From NCBI RefSeq assembly GCF_009914755.1, contig NC_060947.1: a stretch of DNA of 64,000 nt, one strand, 5' to 3'. The translations under genes and the position numbers were made by a program. Below are positions 1 through 24,491 of the stretch, one piece after another (position 1 is the first letter of the stretch; each line of letters begins with the position of its first letter). Under the pieces are notes generated by a model. That model saw only the letters and a list, made by a program, of their open reading frames with translations. It ran no database searches and was not told the DNA's origin. The stretch comes from the human T2T-CHM13v2.0 reference genome, Homo sapiens.

Positions 1-12
1 GTTGTCTGGTAG

Positions 13-188
13 AGTATTTGTCAAAGTGTGGCCTGTAACCTACCAGGTTCATAATGCTCTGGGGCTACTTGTTTAAAATTTATTTCAAAGATTGCCCTTC
101 CCCAAATCATGATCCCTTGAGTAGGGCCAAGGAATTGGTATGTTAGCAAGTACTCTGAATTATTCTTATGCAAATTTTAAGTTTGGTT
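13..188. mobile_element. MER5A-like hAT-Charlie DNA transposon relic
   Basis: tcaaagtgtggcc...cttgtttaaaat...gtagggccaaggaatt...ttagcaag...attcttatgc...aagtttg follows the recalled MER5A order; highly diverged. Confidence 0.6.
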
Positions 189-199
189 TTATCAAACTT

Positions 200-310
200 C
201 TTTATTTTACAATTAAAAACCTAAGTCTCACAGAGGAAAAAGTATTTACCAAAGTACAGAGTTAGCTAGTGGTAGACTCCGGTTTGGAACCCAAGTTGTA
301 TACTCATAAC
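200..310 (+). mobile_element. MIR SINE fragment
   Basis: attttacaattaaaaacctaagtctcacagagg...ccaaagtacagagttagctagtggtagactccggtttggaacccaag resembles the MIR core. Confidence 0.65.
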
Positions 311-337
311 AACTGACCATTAATTCTCAATGAAGTA

Positions 338-398
338 CCTACCTAGCATAGTGACTGGCATAAAATAGCATTTTGGTAAATATTTGACAAATGAATGT
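338..398 (+). mobile_element. L2 3' end fragment
   Basis: acctagcatagtgactggcata...taaatatttgacaaatgaatg matches the L2 terminal motif. Confidence 0.6.
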
Positions 399-2374
399 TT
401 CAAAATTCTTATACCTATTTTTTTTATAAAATATGTATAACTTTCATCTTATTGTTTTAACTATACTAAAGTGTACAATTCAATGGCATGATGTACATTA
501 ATATTGTTGTGCAACCTTACCACTATACAGGTTCAGAACTTTTTATCATCCCAAACTGAAACTTTGTATCCATTAAACAATATTTCTCCATACCCTCCTT
601 ACTTCAGCCACTGGTAATCATAATTCTATTTTCTGTGTCAATGAATTTCTCCATTTAGGTACCTCATATAAGTGGAATCACACAATATTTATCCTCTTGT
701 GTTTGGCTTAGCACAATATTTTCAAAATTCATCCGTATGGTAACATGTATCAGAATTTCATTCCTTTTTAAGGCTGAATAATATTCCATTGCATGTATAT
801 ACCATAATTTGTTTATTTCTTCATCTCTCAGTGGACATTTGGGGCATTTCCATATTTTGGCTACTGTGAGTAATGCTGCTATGAACATTGAGAAATAAAT
901 ATTTGTTTGAGTCACTGTTTTAATTATTTTGGGTACATACTCAGAAATGGACTTGAAGGATTATACAATAATTCCATTTTTAATTTTCTGAGGAAGCACA
1001 GTACAGTTTTTTTTTAATGACTGTACCATTTACATTTTTCACCAGCAATGCACTAGCATGCCAAATTCTCCACAACTTTTCCAACTGTTGTTATTTTCCA
1101 ATTTTTTTTCATACTCCCCATCCTAATGGGTGTGAAGGGACATCTCATTGTGGTTTTGACTTGCATTTCCCTAATGATTACTGATGTTGACACCATCTTT
1201 TCATGTGTGTATAGGCGATTTGGAGAAGTGTCTATTCAAGGACTTTCCTCATTTTTAATTGTTTTTTTTTTTGTTCCTATAGAGGTGTAGAAGTTCTTAA
1301 TATATTGTGGCAATTAAAGCTTTAACAGACATATGTAATACAAATATTTTTCTCTCATTCTGTGGGTTGCCTTTTCACTTTTTGATAGTGTCTTTAGAGG
1401 CACAAAATTTTTTAGCTTTTATAAAATAAAATGTATGCATATTTTTATTTTGTTGCCTGTACTTTTGGTGTCTTATCCAAGAAATCAGTGCCAAGTTCAA
1501 TGTTGTGAATCTTTACCTCATGTTTTCTTCTAATAGTTTTATAGTTTTAGCTCTTACATTAAGGTCTTTGATCCATTTTGATTTTTCTATTTGATTTTCC
1601 TATTCTACAATATACATCATTTTAATGGGGATCAAATTGAATCTGTAGATTGCTTTGCTAGTATTAATGACTTAACAATATAAGTCTTTCAATCCATGAA
1701 TGCCAAATGTCTACACATTTATTTGTGTCTTTTCCACTTCTTGCACCAATGTTTTGTTTTTTTCAGTGTACAAGCCTTTTGCCTCCTGGATTAAGTTTAT
1801 TACTAAGTAATGTTTCTTTTCAATGCTACTATAAAAAGAATTGTTCTTAATTGACTTTTTGGATTTTTTTTGGCAATGTAGAGAAGCAAAACTGATTTTT
1901 GCATGTTGATTTTGCCACTATGGTTCAATTTATTAGTTTAAACAGTTTTGGAGTTTTTTTTGTGGAATACTTACGGTTTCTATGTATAAAATTATGCTAT
2001 CTCTGAATACAGATATTTTACTTCTTTCATTACACGTTTCATGCCATTTATTTTTTATTTATTTGCCTAATTGCTCTGGTTAGACTCTCCAGTACTATGT
2101 TGAATAGAACCACTGAAAGAATGCATCCTTATTCCCGATTTTAGAACAAAAACTTTCAGTTTTTCAACACTGAGCATGTTGTTAGTTGTGGTATTTTTAT
2201 GTAGGGCTATTACTATGTTCAAACAGTCTCCCTCCAAACCTAATTTGTTGAGTGTTTTCATAATAACAGGGTGGTTACTTTTCCCAAATGTATTTTTTTT
2301 GCATCAATTATGATTATCATGTGATTTTTTTCCTTTATTCTGTTAATGTGGTATGTAACAACAATAATTTATAT

Positions 2375-3960
2375 TTATACCAATACTATTATGGGTAAAA
2401 ACATAAAATTTATAATTTTAACCATTTTTAAGTGTAAAATTCAGGAGTTTTAAGTATATTCACATTGCTGAGCAACAAATCTCCAGAATATTTTCATTTT
2501 GTAGAACTAAAACTCTATATCCATTGAACAGCAGCTCTCTATTTCTCCCTTCCCCCAGTCCCGGATAACCACCATCAACTTTCCGTTTCCATGAATTTGA
2601 TTACTTTGGATACCTCATGTAAGTGGATTTATACCTTATTTGTTTTTTTTTTTTTGTAGTTGGCTTATTTTCTTAGCATAATTCCTCAAGATTCATCTAT
2701 ATCATAGCATGTAACAGGATTTCCTTCCATTAAAAGGCTGAATTGTATGGTTATGCCAAATTTTGTTTATCCATTCATCCATCAATGGACATTCAGGCAG
2801 CTTCTACCTCTTGAGTTTTGTAAATAAAGCTGCTATAAATAGGGCTGTGAAAATAACCTATTTCATATATACTCAATATGTACTCAAAATGGATATATAC
2901 TGAAAAAGGGGATTATTGAATATTAGGGTAATTTTTTACAAAAATTTTTTTGAGAAATTTCCATGTTCCTATTCACAGCAGTTCCAGTACTTTACAATCT
3001 CACCAACAGTGCAAAAGGGTTCCAATTTGTTTGCATCTTCACCAACCCTTGCTATTTCTGTTTCATTGACAGTAGCAATTCTAAGGGATGTGAGGTGATA
3101 TCTTGCTGTGGTTTTGATTTGCATTTATCTGGTGATTAGTGATGTTGAGCATCTTTTCATATGCTTTTTGGCAATATGTAAATCACCTATTCAAGTCTTA
3201 TACCTATTTTTAAATCAAGTTTTGTGGTGATGTTGAATTGTAGAAATTCTTGATATATTCTGTATACTAACCCCTTATCAGACATATGATTTTAAAATAT
3301 TTTATCATTGTATAGTTTGCCTTCTCACTTTGTTAAATGTGTCCTTCAATGCAGAGGAGTTTTTGGCTTTGATGTAGTCTCATTTGACCATCTTTGTTTT
3401 TGTGGTCTGTAATTTCCATGTCATGGCAAGAAATCATTGCCAGATCTAATGTCATAAAGCTTCTCTCCTAGCTTTTCTTCTAAAAGTTTTATTATTTTGG
3501 GTTTTATGCTTTGGTCTTTAATCGATTTAGGGTTATTTTTACATGTTAATATTATATAAAATCAGGATTCAACTTCACTCTTGTGTGTAGATATCCAGTT
3601 TTTCTAAAGCCATTTGTTGAAGAGCTGTCCTTTTCCCACTGAGTGTTCTTGCCACCCTTGTCTAAAATTATTTGATCATATACATGAGAGCTTATACCTG
3701 AGGTTTCTAATATAGCCTATTGGTCTATTTGTCTGTCTTCATCCCAGTACCACACTGTTTTGAGTACTGTGATTTTGTAATATTTTTTTTAAATCAGAAA
3801 GTGTGAGATTTCCAGATTTGTTCTTCTTTATCAAGACTGTTGTGGCTATTTGAATCTCTCCAGATTGCATACAAATTTTGCATAGATTTTTCTATTTCTG
3901 CAGAAAATGCCATTGGGGCTTTTTTAGAGATTGAATTGAACCTGTAGATCATTTTGGTTA
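2375..3960 (-). mobile_element. 5'-truncated L1MB-type element nested in older L1
   Basis: A second L1 3' terminus (aacataaaattta..accatttttaagtgta) starts at ~2400 in the middle of host ORF2; host resumes at ~3962; aacaat on both sides. Confidence 0.7.
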
Positions 3961-5519
3961 AAACAATTGAATTTTGTGTGTCGAACTGCTTTTGCAGTCC
4001 CAGAATAAATCCTATTTCTTTATGGTGTATAACCTTTTTAATATGTTGCTGAGTATGTTTTGCTAGTATTTTGTTGCAGAATTTTACACCTATATTCACA
4101 AAGATTATTTTTCAGTAGTTTTAAGTCTTATAGTCACTTTGTCTAACTTTGGTATCAAGTTAATGCTGGCCTCATATAATTAGTTAGGGAATATTCCCTC
4201 CTCTTCTACTTTTGGAAGAGTTTCATAAAAATTTGTGTTAATTTTTCTTTAAATTTTTGGTAAAATTTGCCAGTGAAGCTATATGATCCAGGGCTTTCTT
4301 TTGCTGTAAGGTGTTTGATTATGGATTCAATCTCTGTGATAGTTGTAGGCCTATTCAGATTATCTATTTCTTCATAGTTTATTCTTGGTAGTTGTGTGCT
4401 TCCAGAAATTTGGAATTTTTACCTAGGTTTTCCAACTTGTTGACTTATCATTGTTCATACTACTCTCTTATAGTCCATTTTATTTCTGTAAAATTGGTAG
4501 CAATGTCACCATTTTAATTTCTGATTTTACTTCTTTTTGTATTTTATCTTTTTTTCTTAGTTAAAATACCTAAAGGCTTATTCATTTTGCTAATCTTTTT
4601 GAACAACCAACTTTTGATTTCACAATGTTTCTCTGATGTTTTTCTATTCTCTTTTATTTATCTCTGCTCTGATATATTTATTTCATTCTCTCTGCTAGGT
4701 TTAGTTTGGTTTATTCTTCTATTTCTACTTCCTTAATGTCTACAGTACGGTTGTTGGTTGATAACTTTCTTCTTTTATAATATATGCATTTAAAGCTATA
4801 AATCCCCTCTTAACACTGTTTTCTCTGAATCCCATAAGTTTTGATATATTGTGTTTCTGTTTTCATTTGTCTCAAAATATTTTCTCATTTTCTATTTGAT
4901 TTATTCTTTGACTCATTGGTTGTTCAAGAGTATATCTTGTAATTATCACATAATTTTGAATTTTCTAGCCGTCATTCTGTTATTGATTTCTACATTTACT
5001 CTATAGTAATCAGTAAAAATATTTGGTTAAATATAATTTTTTTAAAAATCATTAAGCCTTCTTTTGTGGCCTTACATAAGTTCTAAATCTTGGAGAATGT
5101 TCTATGTCCACTTCAGAAAAATGTGTATTCTGCTGTTGTGGGGTGAAGTGTTCTGTATATATCTGTTAGCTATGGTTAGTTTATAAGGTTGTTCAAATTG
5201 TTTATTTCCTTATTGATCTTCTGACTGGATGTTACATCCATTATTGAAAGTGTGACATTCAACCCTTCAGCTATTATTGTATAGCTTGTTATTTTTCCTC
5301 TCAATTTTGTCAAAGTTTGCTTTATATATTTCAGAATTCTGATGTTTGGTGCATATTTGTTCATAATTATTATATCTGTTGGTAAATTGACCTTTTATTA
5401 ATATACAATGTTCTTCTTTCTCTCTTGTAACTGTGACTTAAAGTCTATTTTTTACTAATATTGGTATAGCCACAGCAGCTCACTTTATACTTTCTGTGGA
5501 ATACCTTTTTTCATCTTTA

Positions 5520-6868
<1,349 letters not shown>

Positions 6869-7294
6869 ATTCATCATTTTTTAATCAACCTATAATAAAT
6901 TCTTAGATCTAAAGTGAGTCTCTTATAAACAGCATATAGTTGGATGGTGTTTATTTTCACATTTATCTAATATATGCCTTTTGATTAGAAAAGGTAATCC
7001 ATTTATATTTAAATAAATTGCTAATAAAGAAGAACTTATACTTGCCATTTTGTTATTTTTTCCTGATTCTCACTAATTCCATTATTGCCTTCCTTTGTTT
7101 TTAGCAGTTTCTAAATTTAGTACCATGTTTTGATTCTCTTCTTTTTTTTGTATATATTTTATTGATATTTCCTTAGAAGTTACCATGGAGATTGTACTTA
7201 ACATTGTAGAGTCTTAACAATTTATTTTTTAATTTGCACAAATTTAACTCTAAATGTGTACAAAAACTGTAATATTATACTGCTCCCATTCCCT

Positions 7295-9295
7295 TAGACT
7301 TGAAGGGAAATACCCAGTTCTAACAGTATTCATCATCTGCTAAGTGAAGAGTTCTTGGGCCCTGACTAACCAACAGAAATACTCAGGTAATATATTGATG
7401 GCTTTGGGTGAGAGTCTGAGGCTTGCTGGCCTTAAGTGAGATTCAGCACATTCCCACCTGTAGTGGCTGTGGGACGAGACTCATTTTGCTTGAGAAATCA
7501 GAGGAAAAAGTAAAGAGGACTTTGTCAAGCCTTAGGTACCAGCATAGCCACAGAGAAATAAAGCACCACTAAGTGGGCTCTTGGGGTTCCTGATTTCAGG
7601 ACGTGGCTCTTGGATGGCATTTGTGGACCTGCCCTGGGCCAAAGGAGAGCCCACTGCACTGAAGAATATAAGTCCCAGGTCAGGCAGCATTCACCAAAAG
7701 CTGACTTAAGAGCTCTTGGGTCTTAAGGGGACATTAACTGTAGCCTGGAAGTACTCTACATGTACCTGTGGTGGTAGTGGCCGTAGAGTGAGGTTCCTCT
7801 GCCTTTGAAATGGGGAGGAAAGAGTAAGAAAGACTGTATCTAGTGGTTTGAGTCCCAGCTCATCTGCAGTACAACAGAATACGAGGTAGGCTTCTAAGAT
7901 TATTGAATCTAGTCACTGACTCTGAGGCAGCACCTCTGGACTGCTCAGGGACTGGGGGATCTCACCACCCTGAAGGGAAAACAGGCCTGGCTTGCATTGC
8001 CACCTATTGATTGTAGAGCCTCATGGCTTTGATTGAATATACTCATTGGACAGGGAGTGATTACAGCAGACCATAAATAAAATACAGTACTGTGCTAGCT
8101 ACAGGTCTGACCGAGCACAGCCCTAGTGGCCACAGGGCTCCTTGTGTCACTCCAGTCTAACTTCAGGTGGCTCATAGCAGAGAGTGTTTGGGAGAAATTA
8201 AGGGACAAAAACAAATGTTTTCACCTGTTAATCCAGAGAAGTCTCTCAGATATTGTCCAATACTATCAAGGTAGTAACTCTATGAGCCTGCAGGAACCAC
8301 AGCGCTACTGGGCTTGGCATGCCCTGTAAAGCAGATACAGCTCAGATCACAATATCCAAGTCCTTATGGGTATCTGGGAAGCCTTCTCAAAAAGGATGAG
8401 TAAAAACAAGCCCAGACTGAAGTCTACAATAAATACCTAATTCTTCAATGTCCAGACGTAGATGATGTCACCAAATGAACTAAATAAACCAGCAGGAACT
8501 AATCCTGCAGAAACAGAGATATGTGACCTTTCCAGGAGAGAATTCGAAATAACTGTCTTGTAGAAAAGAAAATTCAAATGAATTCAAGATAAAATCAAAG
8601 AAAGAATTCAGAATTCTGTCAGATAAAATTAACAAAGTTATTCAAATAATTTAAAAGAATCAAACAAATTCTGGAGCTGAAAAATGCTATTAGCATACTG
8701 AAGAATGCATCAGCCTTTCAATAACAGAATCAATCATCAGAAGAAATAATTAATGAGCTTGAAGACAGGCTATTTGAACATACAAAGTCAGAAAACACCA
8801 AAAAAAGAAACAATAAAGCATGCATACAGGATCTAGAAAACAGGCTCAAAGGAGCAAAACTAAGAGTAATTGGCCTTAAAGAGGACATAGAGAAAGACAT
8901 AGGGGTAGAAAGTTTATTCAAAGAGATAATAACAGAGAACTTCATAAATTTAGAGAATGATATCAATATCCAAGTACAAGAAGGTCATAAGACACCAAAC
9001 AAATTTAACTCAAGGAAGACTACCTCAAGGTGTTTAATAATCAAATGCCCAAAGACCAAGGGTAAAGAAAGCATCCTAAAAGTAGCAAGATAAAAGAAAC
9101 GAATACTGTACAAGGAAGCTTTAATACACCTGACAACAGACTTTTCAGTGACAACCTTACAGACCAGAAGAGAGTGGCATGATATATTTAAACTGCTGGA
9201 GGAGGAAAAAAAATCAAACTAAAAAAACACTTTTACCCTAAAATAATATATCCAGCAATAATATCCTTCAAACATGAAGAGGAAATAGACATTCC

Positions 9296-9300
<5 letters not shown>
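7295..9300 (+). mobile_element. L1MA/L1PB-type element, 5' UTR and ORF1 portion
   Basis: Long GC-richer 5' UTR homologous to 56.4-57.7 kb and 44.2-45.7 kb; ORF1 remnants (gagcttgaagacaggctatttgaa, atccaagtacaagaagg). Confidence 0.85.
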
Positions 9301-14107
<4,807 letters not shown>

Positions 14108-14109
14108 TT

Positions 14110-17100
14110 AATTGAAGCAAGTAATAATGGAAACAACATATCAAAACATATCAAATACAGCAAAAGCAGTACTAAGAGAGAAGTTTATAGATATGAGTGC
14201 CTACATAAAATATTCAAATAAACAACCTGTTAATGCATCTTAAAGAAGTAGAAAAAGAATAGCAAGCCAAATGCCAAATTAGTAGAAAAAAATCATAAAG
14301 ATCAGAGCAGAAATAAATGAAAAAGAAATGAAAACAATACAAAAATCAACAGAACAAAAAAACTGTTTCTTGAAATGTTAAATAAAATTGACAGACCTTT
14401 ATCCAGATGAACTAAGAAAAAAATAGAAAGTATATGAATAAGTAAAATCACAGATGAAAAAGGAAACATTACATTTAATACTGCAGAAATGCAAAAGATC
14501 ATTACTACTATGAGTAACTATTTTCCAATACATTGGAAAATCTAGAAGAAATGGATAAATTCCTAGACACATACAATCTACCAAAATTGAACCAATAAGA
14601 AATCCAAAACCTGAGCACACTAATAACAAATAATGAGGTTGAAGCCATAATGAGACGTCTCCCAGTAATGAGAGGAATCTGATGGCTTCACTGCTGAATT
14701 CTACCAAACATTTAAAGAAGTACTCATACCAATCCTACTCAAACTTTTCTGAACAATACTGGAGGAAATAGTCCAAAATTCATTCTATGAGACCAGAATT
14801 ACCCTGATACCAAATCTAAACAAAGACACATTGAAAAAAATAAAACTACAGGTAAACATCTCTGATGAATAAAATCCTCAACAAAATACTTGCAAACTGA
14901 ATTCAACAATACATTAGAAAGATTATTCATCATGTTCAACTGGGATTTATGTCTAGGATGCAGTGGTGGTTCGACATATGCGAATCAATCAGTGTGATAC
15001 ATCACATCAACAGAAAGAAGGACAAAAACCATATGATGACTTCAACTGATCCTAAAGAGCATTTTATAAAACTTAACATCATTCATGATAAAAACCTTAA
15101 AAAAGCTGGTGATAGAAGGAACATACCTCAACATAATAAAAGCCATATATGACAGACCCACAACTAGTACCATACTGAATGGGGAAAAAATGGAAAACTT
15201 TTCTCTAAGATCTGAAAACAGACAAGGATACCCACTTTTACCGCTGTTTATCAACACAGTACTGGAAATCCCAGCAAGAGCAATCAGACAAGAGAACAAA
15301 ATAAAGGGCATCCAAATTGGAGAGGAAGAAGTAAAATTATGCTTGTTTTCAGATGATAAAATCTTATGTTAGAAAAAGCTGAAGACTCCACTAAAAAGAA
15401 ATATTTGAACTAAAAAATTTAGTAAAGTTGCAGGATACAAAATCAGCATACACACATCAGCAGCATTTCTATATGCCAACAGTGGGCAATCTGAAAAAGA
15501 TGAAAAAAAAGTAATTCCATTTATGAAGTAACCACAAAAATTAAAACACAGGAATTAACCAAAGAAATGAAATGTCTTCATAATAAAAACTACAAAACCA
15601 TAATGAAATAAATTGAAGAGGACACAAAAAAAGAAAATATATTTCATGTTCATGGTTTGGAAAAATTGATGTTATTAAAATGCCCATATTACCCAAAGCA
15701 ATCTACGGATTCAATTCAAGACCCATCAAAATACCAATAACATTCTTCACAAAAATGGAAACTAAAAATCCTATAATTTCTATGGAACCACAAAAGACCC
15801 AGAATAGCCAAAGCTATCATAAGCAAAAAGAACAAAATTAGAGGAATCACAATACCTGACTTCAGATTATACTGCAGAACCATAGTAGCCTAAACAGCAA
15901 GGTACTGGCATAAAAACACATAGACCAATGGAATAGAATAGAGAACCCCAAAACAAATCTACACACATACAGTGAACTCATTTTTACCAAAGGTGCCAAG
16001 AACATACACTGGGGAATAGACAGTGTCTTCAATAAATGGTGCTGGGTAAACTGGATATCCATATTCAGAAGAATGAAAGTAAACCCCTCTCTCTTGCCAT
16101 AAAAAATCAAATCACAGAGGAAGATGTCAAACTAGGGAATTACTACAAGAAAACAATGGGGAAAATCTCCTGGATATTGGTCTGGGCAAAGAGTTTTGAG
16201 TAATGCCCCACAATTACAGGCAACAAAAGCAAAAATAGACAAATGAGATTCTTGTAAGTTAAAAAGCTTCCAGACAGCAAGAAAAACACTCAACAAAGTA
16301 GAGTCAACCAAAAGAATGATAAAAACATTGACAAACTACCCTCTGATGAGGCGTTAATAAGCAGACTATAAGAGTTCAAACAACACTATAGAAAAAAATC
16401 TAATAATCCAACTAAAATGGATAAAATATTTAAATAGACATTTCTCAAAAGACGATATACTAATGGCAAACAGGCATATAAAAAGGTACTCAACATCATT
16501 GATCATCTGATAAATGCAAATCAAAAATACAATGAGATATCATCTCACTCTAGTTAAAGTGGCATATATCCAAAAGACAGGGAATAACAAATGCTGATGA
16601 GGATGTGGAGTAAAGAGAACTTTTGTATACAGTTGGTGAGAATGTAAATTATTACAACCACCATGGAGAAGAGTCTGTAAGTTCCTCAAAAATAAAAAAA
16701 TAGAGCTGGGTATATACGCACAAAAAAGAAAATCAGTGTATCGAAGAAATATCTGTACTCCCATGTTTGTTGCATCACTGTTCAGAGTATCCAAGATTTG
16801 AAAGCAACCAATGTTCATCAAGACACAAATGGATAAAGAAAATGTGGTACATATACACACTGGAGTTCTATTTATCCACAATAAATCATGAGATCCTGTC
16901 ATTTGCAACAGCATGGATGAAATCAGAGCTCATTATTTTAAGTGAAATAAGTCAGACACAGAAAGGCACACTTCGCATGTACTCATTTATTTGGGCTAAA
17001 AATTAAAACACACTCATGAGGTTAAGAGTAGAAGAATGGTTACCAAAAGCTGAGAAGGATAGTGGGAAGTTGATGGGCATGGTTAATGGATAGAAACATT

Positions 17101-17452
17101 TACTTTTTGTAACACCAAAGATAAATATTTGAGGGGATGAATACCCAAATCTCCATGACTTGATTATTCTGCATTACATGTCTGCATCAAAACATTTTAT
17201 GTGCCCCATAGATATATACACCTACTATGTACACACAAATATTAAAAATAAAAATTGAAAAAGTAATATAAAATAAAATAACTAAGAGTATAATTGGATT
17301 ATCTGTAACACTAAGGATAAATCATTGAAGAGATGGATATCCCATTCTCTATGTTGTGGTATTACACATTAAATGCCTGCATCAAAACATTTCATAAACC
17401 CCATAGATATATACACCTATTATGTACTCACAAAAATTAAAATAAAAAAATT
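14110..17452 (+). mobile_element. L1MA1-3-type element, ORF2 to 3' end (probable continuation of 7295-9300)
   Basis: ORF remnant [28 protein letters not shown] (15085-15372); L1MA 3' end atatatacacctactatgtac..aaaaattaaaa. Confidence 0.85.
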
Positions 17453-18602
17453 TGTAAAGAATGTCTAATTCAAAGTCATTCTGTGGCAACTAAAAATGAG
17501 ATTCTCTATTCTTGGATTCTCCTTTTGAGTATGTTCAAATATACAAGTGTTAATAAATTTATTAAGTTTTTATGTCTCAGTTTTATCAGAAAGCCATCAG
17601 ACAGGCCTACTATAGATAGATACTCTGCCCATTTCCACCAGATACAGAAAAGAATTTTCTTCTTACACTAACTTGTTTTGGCAATCATGAGGACAGCTTT
17701 TAGAAAACCCAGGGCTTTCATTTTACTATGCAAGACAACACAGCTCTTGTCATATAATGCTGCCCAAGGATTTGGTACTGGTCAGATTGTGTTCTGCCCA
17801 TATCCTATCTCATTTACTGGCAGTTTGCATGGGAAGTTAGACTTTGTTCAAGGCTCAGATGATGCCACAGAAGACTTGTCATTCAATGACCTTCCTTGTT
17901 GAAATCTTCCTGGTTTTCTCCAAGGAAACTGCCCAAGTCTGCTTCCATGGGCAGAATATAGCTTGTAATTCACTTTATTGGACATTTTCTGCTTCCTGTT
18001 AAACAGTGCTTATTTTTAATTATGTTTATTTCTCTCATATCACCTCCAACCAAATAATATCATACTTTTCACCGCCTGCTGTGTAGTCACTACGTGAGAG
18101 ATACTGGCCCTGACACTCTCAACAGGTTTGTTTTCAGAATTTGAGGAGATGGTCAGAAATTGTTACTTTTTGGTTGAATAAACCATCACATCAGTTAATG
18201 AAGCAAGCCATAATTGAAAGTAGCCCACCGAAAAAAAAAAAAAAACTTATAAATGTGTGGCTAAGGAGTTTATAATCCTTTACATTAAAATAGCAGTTCC
18301 CACTATCATGGTAAATTAGAGGTAGAAATTTGCCTAAAGCAAGTTTTAGAATCTAAATCCAGTTTACTTTATTTATTTATTTATATATTTATTTATTATT
18401 ATACTTTAAGTTTTAGGGTACATGTGCACAATGTGCAGGTTAGTTACATATGTATACATGTGCCATGCTGGTGCGCTGCACCCATTAACTCGTCATCTAG
18501 CATTAGGTATATCTCCCAATGCTATCCCTCCCCCCTCTCCCCACCCCACAACAGTCCCCAGAGTGTGATGTTCCCCTTCCTGTGTCCATGTGTTCTCATT
18601 GT

Positions 18603-22415
<3,813 letters not shown>

Positions 22416-22478
22416 TATGATGTTAGCTGGTGATTTTGCTCGTTAGTTGATGCAGTTTCTTCCTAGTCTCGATGGTCT

Positions 22479-23488
22479 TTAAATTTTGGCATGATTTTGC
22501 AGTGGCTGGTACCAGTTGTGCCTTTCCATGTTTAGTGCTTCCTTCAGGAGCTCTTGTAGGGCAGGCCTGGTGGTGACAAAATCTCTCAGCATTTGCTTGT
22601 CTGTAAAGTATTTTATTTCTCCTTCACTTATGAAGCTTAGTTTGGCTGGATATGAAATTCTGGCTTCAAAATTCTTTTCCTTAAGAATGTTGAATATTGG
22701 CCCCCACTCTTTTCTGGCTTGTAGAGTTTCTGCCGAGAGATCCGCTGTTAGTCTGATGGGCTTCCCTTTGTGGGTAACCCGACCTTTCTCTCTGGCTGCC
22801 CTTAACATTTTTTCCTTCATTTCAACGTTGGTGAATCTGACAATTATGTGTCTTGGAGTTGCTCTTCTCGAGGAGTAACTTTGTGGCATTCTCTGTATTT
22901 CTTGAATCTGAATGTTGGCCTGCCTTGCTAGATTGGAGAAGTTCTCCTTATCCTGCAGAGTGTTTTCCAACTTGGTTCCATTCTCCCCATCACTTTCAGG
23001 TACACCAATCAGATGTAGATTTGGTCTTTACACATAGTCCCATATTTCTTGGAGGCTTTGTTCATTTCTTTTTTTTCTTTTTTCTCTAAACTTCCCTTCT
23101 TGCTTCGTCTCATTCATTTCATCTTCCATCACTGATACCCTTTCTTCCAGTTGATCGCATCAGCTCCTGAGGCTTCTGCATTCTTTGCGTAGTTCTTGAG
23201 CCTTGGCTTTCAGCTCCATCAGCTCCTTTAAACACTTCTCTGTATTGGTTATTCTAGTTATACATTCATCTAATTTTTTTTCAAAGTTTTCAACTTCTTT
23301 GCTTTGGTTTGAATTTCCTCCTGTAGCTGGGAGTTGTTTGATCATCTGAAGCCTTCTTCTCTCAACTCGTCAAAGTCATTCTCCATCCAGCTTTGTTCCG
23401 TTGCTGGTGAGGAACTGCGTTCCTTTGGAGGAGGAGAGGTGCTCTGCTTTTTAGAGTTTCCAGTTTTTCTGCTCTGTTTTTCCCCCAT
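22479..23488 (-). pseudogene. L1 ORF1p, disrupted
   Basis: ATG at 23488; fragments EVENFEKKLDECITRIT and ARQANIQIQEIQR..RISYPAKLSF..LQNHAKI. Confidence 0.92.
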
Positions 23489-24491
23489 CTTTGTGGTTTT
23501 ATCTACTTTTGGTCTTTGATGTTGGTGATGTACAGATGGGTTTTTGGTGTGGGTGTCCTTTCTGTTTGTTAGTTTTCCTTCTAACAGACAGGAACCTCAG
23601 CTGCAGGTCTGTTGGAGTTTTCTAGAGGTCCACTCCAGACCCTGTTTGCCTGGGTATCATCAGCAGTGTCTGCAGAACAGCGGATTTTCGTGAACCGCGA
23701 ATGCTGCTGTCTGATCGTTCCTGTGGAAATTTTGTCTCAGAGGAGTACCCGGCCGTGTGAGTTCTCAGTCTGCCCCTACTGCGGGGTGCCTCCCAGTTAG
23801 GCTGCTCAAGGGTCAGGGGTCAGGGACCCACTTGAGGAGGCAGTCTGCCCATTCTCAGATCTCCAGCTGCGTGCTGGGAGAACCACTTCTCTCCTCAAAG
23901 CTGTCAGACAGGGACATTTAAGTCTGCAGAGGTTACTGCTGTCTTTTTGTTTGTCTTTGCCCTGCCCCCAGAGGTGGAGCCTACAGAGGCAGGCAGGCCT
24001 CCTTGAGCTGTGGTGGGCTCCACCCAGTTCGAGCTTCCCAGATGCTTTGTGTACCTAAGCGAGCCTGGGCAATGGGGGCACCCCTCCCCCAGCCTTGCTG
24101 CCGCCTTGCGGTTTGATCTCAGACTGCTGTGCTAGCAATTAGTGAGACTCCTTGGGCGTCTCCAGGTGCGGGATATAATCTCCTGTTGCACCATTTCCTA
24201 AGCCCATCAGAAAAGTGCAGTGTTCGGGTGGGAGTGGCCCGATTTTCCAGGTGCCGTCTGTCACCCCTTTCCTTGATCAGAAAAGGGAACTCCCTGACTC
24301 CTTGCATTTCCCGAGTGAGGCAATGCCTCGCCCTGCTTCAGCTGGCACACGGTGCGCTGCACCCACTGTCCTGCGCCCACTCTCTGGCACTCCCTAGTGA
24401 GATGAACCCGGTACCTCAGATGGAAATGTAGAAATCACCCATCTTCTGCTTCGCTCACGCTGGGAGCTGTAGACTGGAGCTGTTCCTATTC

